NCBI GenBank assembly: GCA_024679065.1
Contig: JAGIQG010000009.1
Coordinates: 90,024,001-90,088,000 of the forward strand
Length of the DNA stretch: 64,000 bases
Origin: Sphyrna mokarran
Taxonomy: Eukaryota
Reading direction: 5' to 3'
Shown one piece after another: positions 35,518 to 45,812 of this stretch. How positions within the stretch are numbered: position 1 is the stretch's first letter; each line of letters opens with the position of its first letter. A program made the position numbers and the translations under genes. The notes under the pieces were generated by a model, which was not told where the DNA came from, searched no databases, and worked only from the letters and a program-made list of their open reading frames with translations.

Positions 35518-37365
35518 GTGAGACCTAGAAATTATAGGCTGGTGAGTTTGACGTCAATGGTAGGGAAGCTGTTGGAGGGGATTCTTAGAGATAGGATGTA
35601 TAGGCACTTAGAGCGTTGCGATCTGATTAGGGATACGCAGCATGGATTTGTTAAGAGGAGGTCGTGCCTTACGAATCTGGTAGAATTTTTCGAGGAGGTG
35701 ACGAAAACGGTGGACGAAGGGTGAGACGATGATGTCGTCTATATGGATTTTAGTAAGGTATTTGACAAAGTCCCTCATGGAAGGTTAGTTGAGAAGGTCA
35801 AGGCTAATGGGATACAAGGACAGATAGCTAGATGGATAAGTAACTGGCTTGATAATAGGAGACAGAGAGTAATAGTGGAAGGGTGTTTCTCTAGCTGGAG
35901 GTCGGTTACTAGTGGTGTGCCGCAGGGCTCGGTACTGGGACCTCTTCTATTTGTAATGTATATAAATGACTTGGAAGAGGGAGTAAATGGAGTGATCAAC
36001 AAGTTTGCAGATGATACAAAGATGGCTGGACTTGCGGATAGTGAGGAGCATTGTCAGTCGATGCAGCAGGACATAGATAAGCTGGTGGCTTGGGCAGATA
36101 GATAGCAGATGGAATTCAATCCTGATAAATGTGAGGTGATGCATTTCGGGAGAAAGAATGTAGAGGGGAGGTATATGATAAAGGGTAAACCTATTAAGAG
36201 TATAGAAACGCAGAGGGACCTGGGGGTGCAGGTGAACAAGTCTCTGAAGGTGGCAGAGCAAGTGGAGAAGGTTGTGAAGAAAGCATATAGTATGCTAGCC
36301 TTTTTAGGAAGGGGTATAGAGTACAAGAGCTGGCCTTTAATGTTGCAGTTGTATAAAACGCTGGTTAGACCTCATTTGGAATACTGCGTCCAGTTCTGGT
36401 CGCCTTACTACCGGAAGGACGTGGAGACTCTGGAGAGAGTGCAGAGGAGGTTTACCAGGATGCTGCCTGGTATGGAAGGTCTGAGTTACGAGGAGAGATT
36501 AGGCAAATTGGGACTGTTTTCCTTAGAAAGACGTAGACTTAGAGGAGATCTGATAGGGTGTACAAGATTATGAAGGGTATAGATAGAGTAAACAGGGTTA
36601 AGCTTTTTCCTAGGATGGACTCGAATAGCATGAGGGGTCATGGGCTTATGGTGAGGGGGTAAGGTATAATTTGGATGCTAGAGGGAGTTTTTTCACACAG
36701 AGGGTGGTGGGGGTATGGAATGCGCTGCCAAGTAAAGTGGTGGAGGCAGGTACTCTGGAGTTATTTAAGAAATACTTAGATGGGCACATGAACAGAATGG
36801 GAATGGAGGGGTATAGAAAACTGATTTAAACTAGGGATCATGAGCCTTGGGAGTCCCTGGGAAGTGTGTGAATAGATGATGATATTGATGTACTTGTTTT
36901 TATCCTACAGGTGCTTTGGTCTACCTTGTTGTCTAACGAGGGGCATACACGCGATGGGTCGTGAGAGGGCTGCTCTTGGATCTTTTTTGAGAGTATCCTA
37001 GTGCTTCACGTTGTTAGTGTACGCTTGACCTGGACCATCTGATGGGCAACACGACAGCTCAGTGACTATCACTGTGCTGTGCAGATACACGGATTTGGGC
37101 CTGTGTCTGTGGGAGTTTGCGCATTCTCCCCGTGCTTGCGTGGGTTTTCTCCGGGCGCTCCGGTTTCCTCCCACATCCCAAAGATGTGCTCTTAGGCTAA
37201 TTGGCAAAACAAATTCTCCCTAAATTGTCTCAAATTTGGTTTTTAATCCAAAGATCTATAAACATAGACAGGGATCATGGGTCGAGGTGGGAACATCGGG
37301 GTGGCAGCGCGGGCTCATTGGGCCGAGGGGCCTGTTTCCCGTGCTGTTTTGTTCTTTTGTTCTTT
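35518..37365 (+). mobile_element. CR1 with SINE-containing 3'UTR, copy C (RT domain to tail)
   Basis: ORFs 35518-35724, 35743-36105 and 36109-36573 ([38 protein letters not shown]), then long 3'UTR with V/HE1 block from ~37044. Confidence 0.93.
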
Positions 37366-37379
37366 GATGAGTCTTATTG

Positions 37380-37500
37380 GGGGCGGCTGCATTGGCACAA
37401 TGGTTAGCACTGCGGTCTCACAGGGCCAGGCTCCCGGTTTTGATTCCCGATCTCTGTATAGAGTTTGCACATTCTGCCCGTGTCTGTGCGGGTTTTCTTT
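37380..37500 (+). mobile_element. HE1/V-type SINE 5' portion
   Basis: ggcacaatggttagcactgcggtctcacag...gagtttgcacattctgcccgtgtctgtgcggg. Confidence 0.75.
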
Positions 37501-38951
37501 ATCACAAAAAGAGGTACCTGATGAGCTGTAACTGATGGTTGAATGAGGGAGCCTCATGTTCCCTATTTGAAGCAGGTGTATCAGTCTCTCAGTCTGCCAC
37601 AGCAGAGAGATACTAGGAGTGCTAGCTCTGTATATATAGTATAGCTGGTAAATAAAGAAGCTTGGTGATGGAATTCTCGCCTCCATGGAGTTATTTCAAT
37701 TGCATCGCATTTCCTTCTGTTAACTTAATTGGAGAGGGAAATGGCTGCAAAATTCATCTCTGCTGTGCTGGTGGCTTGTTGTACGGGATCTGGTTGGGGT
37801 AAAAGTGGCAGGAGAATTGTTCTGGACTATTTATAGTATAGACCACATCAATCGCCATACTGTGGAAGATGGGCGTGCCAGGGACATACAGAGTGGAAGG
37901 TCACGATATCAGTCAGTGTGTAATGCTGACTTATGGTCCAATCTACATTTTGGACTGAGCACTCCTGTTATTGTCCTCTATTATATGTGATGAGCAGAAT
38001 TTTATACCCTTATTGCACCCGTTTTGCGGTGGAAAAAGATCATAAAATTGGAAGTGCTGGAACTAGCGGGAATGGTAACTATTTTCATACCCATTTCAAT
38101 TTTACCAAAAAATATCGGTGTGATTGGGACCTTGTCCAAAATGGGTGAAACACTATTTTTATTTTTTTGCATTCGTCACAATGTAATTAACGAGCTTCAC
38201 TCCTAATCACCCCAGCTTACCTTCCTTAACCACCTTGTTCGCTGCCGCTAGAACTGATCAAGAAAACATCTTATGTTTAAAAGTCAGATTCAGATGCTGA
38301 AGCACAGAGGGTAGGTGGTGAGGAGGTCAGTCTCTGCTTTCAAATGGATCTGTGCTGTTCAAGGAGGAGGGGGGGAACTGTTTCATAGCAGCCATGTTGC
38401 ATTTCAGGTTGCACGGGGCTGCAAGTGTGTGGAGGATGGGGAGCTTTTGGTGCTCATTGGGTCTGACTTCAGCCTCTCAGCTTGGACTTGGTCTGAGTGC
38501 CAACCTTGGGGCTTGGCGCTGACTCTGGGTCCTAGTGCATGGCAACAGCAAACACTGTTGCAGGTGGGGGATGAGCTGGAAACTCTCTGAAGTGTCAGCA
38601 CTGCAGCCTCAGCACTTTGTGAAGAAGCACTGTCTGGGGACACCCACTACATGGGTTCTGGGTGTGTGTGTGAGGGGTGGAATAGGAGCCCTGTGTTGCC
38701 ATTCTGGGGGACTATGGGGGTTTATAAGGAATGCGTGATGCTGGGGATCTGTTTGGTGGAGCATGAGCAATGTGCGTTCCTGGGGGGATATGGGGAGTAT
38801 GGGGAGTGTGTGTGTTGCTGGGGGTCTGTGTGGGGAAGTATGGGAAATGTGTGTTGCTAGGAGTCTGTTGAAGAGGGTATGGGGAATGCGTGTGGCTGGG
38901 GCTGTGTTGAGGGGGTATGGGGAGTGTGTGTGGCTGGGACAGTGTGATGCT

Positions 38952-39793
38952 ACAAATCCTACCTTGGCGCCTCAACGTGGCGTAGGAGTGACACTGGCCG
39001 AACATCAGCAAAGTACGGTGGAGATTCGCTCTCTGACAGGCCTAACCAAGCTGTGAAGGTGATATTCCTTCGGTATACTACTAGACTAGATTTGGTAGTA
39101 GGACCGTGGCTAGCTAAGTCAAGGAGGTAACTGAGGACGTCGGCAGCAGGGCGTCTGATGGTGTTTGTGGCAGATGAACCCAAAGGGTCAATGGTACAGT
39201 CACCTTGATGGCATGCGGAAGAACCAGAGTGCTGGTCAACGGATGAATCATTAGACTAGTTGTCACTGTGGGGCAGCTTTCTTATCCGCTAAGTATGTTA
39301 TACTTCTGCGTACCACTTAGCATCAGATTTGGAAGCCCAGAGAGACTGTATGGTGGGGGCACGACACCGTCTGTCTCATTACTGTGCAAGGCGTGTTGGA
39401 AGTAAAGTTCCTGGATGACATTGAAAGCCCTATGGCGATGGAGTTAATGTGACGGCAGCAGGATTGAGGAGCTGGAAGCTGCTAACTTGAGCTCTGCACA
39501 TAGGCGGCTCACACAAGAAGGTCGCTACCTTGTTGAGTTTTCTGAGCAACAACAAGGTTGAGGCAGCTATGTGAGTGTCCGGGCAGCCCTTTTTAGGGAC
39601 AGCACTGCCCGCCCTGAAAGGGGAAGCCCCTAGAAAAGGTGGGGTAAAGATACAAATCAGACAAATCACAGTTGCCACCGACGTGGGAGACAATGCCGAT
39701 CCAATACAGGCCTTATAACACACCACCGTGCCTGCAGAATCTAAACTTCCAACACAGCCAACATCGAAATCGATGGACGGCTGAAGGGGAGGG
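38952..39793 (+). mobile_element. Non-autonomous bipartite RTE-derived retroelement (5'UTR fused to the extreme 3' end), 8-bp TSD
   Basis: TSD gtgatgct at 38944-38951 and 39794-39801; RTE 5'UTR-like motifs (gggcagcccttttagggacagcactgccc...cctagaaaaggtg); RTE C-terminal Cys/His remnant HSCHRRGRQCRSNTGLITHHRACRI* at ~39667-39744; no EN/RT. Confidence 0.72.
38956..39050 (+). ncRNA. Candidate HDV-like self-cleaving ribozyme at the 5' end of the RTE-derived element
   Basis: P1 (a)tcctac 38956-62 / gtagga(g) 38982-88; P2 cttgg 38963-67 / ccaag 39046-50; P3 gcc/ggc around L3 TCAACGT; P1.1 CA/TG; P4 region 38991-39041; J4/2 CTAA 39042-45. Confidence 0.62.
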
Positions 39794-39970
39794 GTGATGC
39801 TGGGGGTTTGTGTGGGTGGGTGTAGAGAGTGTGTGTTGCTGGGGTCTATGTGGGGGGGTTATGGGGACTGGGTGTTGCTGGGAATTTGTATGCAGGGCAT
39901 GGGGAGTATGTGTTGCAGGGGATTTGTTTGTGTGGCTATGGGAAGTGTGTGTTGCTGCTGTTTGTTGGGG

Positions 39971-40716
39971 GTGTAGAGAGTATAGGGCTAATGGTAGGAC
40001 TCTTAATAGTGTTGACAAACAAAGGGATCTTGGTGTATATGTGCGTAGATCCCTGAAAGTTGGCAATCAAGTCGATAAGGTTGTTAAGAAGGCATACTGA
40101 GTCTTGGGTTTTATTGGTAGGGGGATTGAATTTCGGAGCCGCAACGTCATGTTGCAACTGTACAAAAGTCTGGTGCAGCCACACTTGGAGTATTGTGTGC
40201 AGTTCTGGTCCCCGCATTATAAGAAAGATGTGGAGGCATTGGAGAGGGTGCAGAGGAGGTTTACCAGGATGTTGCCTGGTATGGAGGGAAGATCTTATGA
40301 GGAGAGGCTGAGGGATTTGAGGCTGTTTTCATCAGAAAGAAGGCGGCTAAGAGGAGACCTTATTGAGGCATATAAGATGATCAGCGGATTAGATAGGGTG
40401 GACAGTGATAGCCTTTTTCCTCGGATGGAGAAAGCTAGCATGAGGGGACATAGCTTTAAATTAAGGAGTGGTAGTTATAGGACGGATGTCAGAGGTAGGC
40501 TCTTTACCCAGAGGGTGGTAAGGGTATGGAATGCCCTGCCTGCTGCAGTTGTAGATGCGCCAAGTTTGGGGGTGTTTAAGAGGTCAGTGGATAGGTTTAT
40601 GGATGAAAAGGGAATGGTTTAGGTTAGAGGGTCATTGCTTTTTCTTAATTGGTCGGCGCAACATCGAGGGCCGAAGGGCCTGTTCTGCGCTGTAATGTTC
40701 TGTTTTATGTTCTATG
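39971..40716 (+). mobile_element. CR1/HER1 LINE 3' fragment
   Basis: ORF 40104-40622 and tail. Confidence 0.93.
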
Positions 40717-41741
40717 GGTGTAGGGTATGGGGACTGTGTGTTGCTGCGTGGTGTGTGGCGAGGTATGGGGAGTATGTGTTGCTGGGGGTGTGTTGGAGGG
40801 GTATGGAGAGAGTGATTGCTGGGGGAGTTGGTGGGGAGGTATGGGAAACATGCATTGCAGGGGGTCTGTGGGGGATTATGGGGAGTGAGTGATACTGGGG
40901 GTCTGTGTGGAGGGTTGAGGGCAGTGTGTGTCGATGGCGGTATGTAGGTGTGATAAATGTGGAGTCTGTGTTGCTTCGGGGTCTGTAGGGGGAATATGGG
41001 GAGTATGTGTTGCTGAGGGAGTATGTGTTGGGGATGATATGGGGAATGTGTGTTGCTGAGGGAGTGTGGGGAGGAGTACGTGGAGTGTGTGTGTTGCTGG
41101 GGGAGTGAGGGGGTGTGGTTTGGGGGGTGTATGTGATGCTGAAAATCTATTGCGAGAGGTGTATGGGGAGTATATGTTGGTGGGGGGGTTGGGGGTGGAA
41201 TTTGGGGAGTATTCATTGCTGGGGATCTGTTGGAGGGTTATGGGGAATGTGTGTTGTTGGGGGTCTATCGTGGGGTATGGAGAGTGAGTTACTGCTGGGA
41301 TCTGTTGGGGGATTGTAAAGGGAGTGTGTGTACTGGGGTCTGTGGGGAGGATGTGGGAGGGTACATGTTGCTAGGTGTCTGTATGGAGGGGTATGTGGAG
41401 GTTATGTTGCTGGGCTGGTGTTGTGGGAGAGTGGTTTGGGGAGTGTGTGGTGCGGGGGGTCTGTTGAGAGAAGTGCATGGGTGTGTGTGTGTGTTGCTGG
41501 GGGTCTGTGGAGGGTTATAGGGACTGTGCATTGCTGGGAATGTGTGGGGTGAGTATAGGGAGCGTGTGTTACTTTGTGTCTATGTGAGGGATATGGTGAT
41601 TGTGTGTTGTTGGGAGAATGTGTGGGGTCATATGGGGACTGCGTTTCTGGGGATAAGTTGGATAGCATGGGGAGTTGTGTTTTGCTGGAGGTATGTGGGG
41701 GAGGGAGTGGGGAATGTCTATTGCTGGGTGTCTGTGGGGGA

Positions 41742-43925
41742 TATAGAACATAGAACATAGAACATTACAGCGCAGAACAGGCCCTTCGGCCTTCGATGTT
41801 GTGCCGACCAATTAGGAAAAAGCAATGACCCTCTAACCTAAACCATTCCCTTTTCGTCCATAAACTTATCTACTAACCTCTTAAACGCCACCAAATTTGA
41901 TGCATCTACAACTGCAGCAGGCAGGGCATTCCATACCCTTATCACCCTCTGGGTAAAGAACCTACCTCTGACATCCGTCCAATAACTACCACCCCTTAAT
42001 TTAAAGCTATGTCCCCTCGTGCTAGCTTTCTCCATCCTAGGGAAAAGGCTATCACTGTCCACCCTATCTAAACCTCTAATCATCTTATATGTTTCAATAA
42101 GGTCTCCTCTTAGCTGCCTTCTTTCTAACGAAAACAACCTGAAATCCCTCAGCCTCTCTTCATAAGACCTGCCCTCCATACCAGGCAACATCCTGGTAAA
42201 CCTCCTCTGCACCCTCTCCAATGCCTCTACATCTTTCTTATAATGCGGGGACCAGAACTGTACACAATACTCCAAGTGCGCCCACACTAGAGTTTTGTAC
42301 AGTTGCAACATGACGTTGCGGCTCCGAAATTCAATCCCCCTACCAATAAAAGCTAAGACTCCGTATGCCTTCTTAACAACCTTATCGACTTGATTGCCAA
42401 CTTCCAGGGATCTATGCACATATACACCAAGATCCCTCTGTTCATCAACACTATTAAGAGTCCTACCATTAGCCCTATACTCTACACATTTGTTATTCGT
42501 GCCAAAGTGAATTACCTCACACTTTTCCACATTAAACTCCATTTGCCACCTCTCGGTCCAGCTCTGCAACTTGTCCAAGTCTCTCTGCGAACTAGAACAC
42601 CGCCCTTCGCTATCTACCACTCCTCCGACTTTGGTGTCATCCGCAAATTTACTAATCCATCCTTCAATACCCTCATCCAGATCATTTACAAAAATTACAA
42701 ACAGCAGGGGCCCCAAAACAGATCCCTGAGGTACACCACTTGTAACTGAACTCCACGATGAATAATTTCCATCAACCACCACCCTCTGTCATCTATCAGC
42801 TAGCCAATTCCTAATCCAATTAGCTAAATCACCCTCAATCCCATATATCTGCATTTGCTGCAGAAGCCTTCCATGGGGCACCTTATCGAACGCTTTACTG
42901 AAGTCCATATATACCACATCAACTGCCTTACCCCCATCCACCTCTTTGGTCACTTTTTCAAAAAACTCAATAAAATTAGTAAGGCATGACCTATCCTTCA
43001 CAAAACCATGCTGACTATGCCCAATCAATTCATTTCTCTCTAAATAACTATAAATCCTATCCCTAATAATTCTTTCCAATAGTTTGCCCACAACAGAAGT
43101 ATCTAACTTCAAACCCTCAAGAACATCTAGCACATCCTCCTTATCTACTTCAATACTTTCCAGTTTACAACCCTGTATCTCAGTGTTCTCCACAACTACA
43201 TTTACATCTCTCTGCGTGAATACTGAAGAGAAATATTTGTTCAGTGCCTCTCCAATCTCTTCAGGCTCCACGCACAACTTCCCACTGCTGTCCATGACTG
43301 GCCCTAATCTTGCCCTAACCAATCTTCTATTCTTAACATATCTAAAGAAAGCTTTAAGATTCTCCTTGACCCTATCAGCCCTATCTTGTGTCCCCTTTTA
43401 GCTCTCCTCAACTCACTCTTTAGCTCCCTCCTGGCTAATCTATAGCTATCCAGTGCACTAACTGAGCCTTCAAGCCTCATCCTGACATAAGCCTCCTTTT
43501 TCTTTTAACCAGCAAATTAACTTTTTTAGTACACCATGGTTCCCTTACTCGACCATTTCCTCCTTGCCTGATAGGGACATACTTATCAAGGACTCGCAGT
43601 AGCTGCTCCTTGAATAAGCTCCACATTTCAGATGTTCCCAGTCCCTGTAGTTTCCTAGTCCAACCTATGCACCCTAATTCCCTCCTTATGGCCTCATAAT
43701 TACCATTCCCCCAGCTATAACTACTGCCCCCAGGTTCATGCCTATCCCTATCCATCACTAAGGTGAACGTAACCGAATTGTGGTCACTATCACCAAAATG
43801 TTCACCAACTTCCAAGTCTAACACCTGGTCTGGCTCATTGCCCAGCACCAAATCCAATATAGCCTCACCTCTAGTTGGCCTATCTACGTACTGAGTCAAA
43901 AAACCTTCCTGCACACTTTGTATAA
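41742..43925 (-). mobile_element. CR1/HER1 LINE, 5'-truncated with internal deletion
   Basis: ORFs 43477-43914, 42789-43322 (LKLD joined directly to TSVVGK, i.e. deletion near 43100) and 41838-42782; tail at 41742-41765. Confidence 0.95.
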
Positions 43926-44494
43926 AAAAAATGGAGAAAGTGTGTTGCTGTGGGGTGTGGGCAGGATGGTTTGGGGAGCGTGCTGCTGGGGATTTGTTGA
44001 GGGGGGCGTATAGGGAGTGTGTGTGGAGAATTAAGGGGAGTGTGTATTGTTGGGGGTCTGTTGGAGGGTAAGAGGAATTTGTGTTACAGGGAGTCTGTTG
44101 GGGGGTATGGGGAATGTGTGTTGCTGAGGGTCTGTGAGGGTTGTGGGGTGTGGGGAATGTGTGTTGCTGAGGGTCTGTGGGGAGTATGGGGTGTGGGGAG
44201 TGTGTGTTGCTGAGGGGCTGTTGGGGGGCTATGGGGTGAGTGTGTTGCTAGGGGTCTGTTGTGGGTGTGGGGTGTGGGGAGTGTGTGTTGCTGGTGGGCT
44301 GTTGGAGGGGCATGGGGAATGTGTGTTGCTAGGGGTCTGTTGAGATGGTACAGGTAATGTGTGCTGCTGGGACAGAGGAGTGCTGGGGGAATACGGGGAA
44401 GGTGTGTTGCTGGGGAGGTGTGAGGGGATATGGAGAATGTCTATATCTGGGATCTGTGGAGAAGGTATGGACAGTGTGTGGGGGTTAGGGGGGA

Positions 44495-45812
44495 CATAAG
44501 AAGATAAGAAATAGGAGCAGGAGTCGGATATCTAGCCCTTCGAACCTGCCTCACTATTCAATAGGATCATGGCTGATCTCAAAGTGATTCAATTCCACTT
44601 ATCCACCTGCTCCCCATAACCCTTAATTCCCTTATCACTGAGAAATCTATCTACCTGTGACTTAAAAATATTCAATTCCATCGCTTCAATGGGCAGAGAA
44701 TTCCAAAGATTCACTACCCTCTGAGCGGAGAATTTTCTTCTCAACTCTGTACTAAACTGACTCCCCCTTATTTTGAGGCTGTGTCCCCTAGTTCTTGTTT
44801 CCTTTCTAAGTGGAAAGAATCTCTCTGCTTCTACCCCATCTAGCCCCTTCATTATCTTATATGCCTCTATAAGATCTCCCCTCAGCCTTCTAAACTCCAA
44901 CGAGTACAAGCTCAATCTATTCCATCTCTCCTCATAAACTAATCCCCTCATCTCCGGTATCAATCTTGTGAACCTTCTCTACTCTTCCTCCAAGGCCAAT
45001 ATATCCTTTTGCAAATAAGGGGACCAAAACTGCACACAGTACTCTAACTGCGGCCTTACCAGTGCCCTGTACAGTTGCAGCAAGACCTCCCTGCTTTTAT
45101 ATTCTATCCCCCTCGCTATAAAGGCCAACATTCCATTCACCTTCTTGATCACCTGCTGCACCTGCAGACTGGGTTTTTGTGATCCATGCACAAGGACACC
45201 AGGTCCCTCTGCACAGTAGCATGTTGTAATTTTTCACCATGTAACTAATAGTCCATTTTACTATTATTCCTTCCAAAGTGGATAACCTCACATTTGCTAA
45301 TGTTATACTCCATCTGCTAGCTCCTCGTCCACTCACTCAGCCTATCCAATCTCTCTGCAACTTTCTGCGTCCTCCATGTAAATTGCTTTCCCATTCATCT
45401 TTGTGTCACTAGCAAACTTTTTTACCCTACACTTAGCCCCTTCCTCCAAGTCATCTATGTAAATAGTAAACAGTTGAGGCCCCAGCACCGATCCCTGCGG
45501 AACTCCACTAGCCACCAACTGTCAACGGGAAAAGCATCCATTTATTCCAACTCTCTGCTTCCTGTTAGATAGCCAATCCTCAATCCACACTAACACTTTA
45601 CCCCCAACTCTGTGTACCTTAATCTTTTGCAGCAACCTTTTGTGAGGCAACTTATCGAACGCCTTCTGGAAATCTAAAAACACACGTGCACTGGTCGCCT
45701 TCTGTCTACCGCACTCATTACATCTCCATAAAAATCCAGTAAATTCGTCAAACACAACTTTCCCTTCATTAATCCATACTGCGTCTACTTAATTGAACCA
45801 TTCTTTTCCAGA
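44495..45812 (-). mobile_element. CR1 LINE (different subfamily), RT to tail
   Basis: DFQKAFDKLPHKRL, LYRALVRPQLEYCVQFWSP, LRGDLIEAYK; tail cataagaagataagaaatagg. Confidence 0.92.

Larger units (their letters stand above)
35396..37698 (+). mobile_element. Gypsy 3' LTR, interrupted by CR1 copy C and a SINE
   Basis: TG start directly after the PPT; LTR-like remainder 37500-37698 with aataaa and a ...tttca end. Confidence 0.55.
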
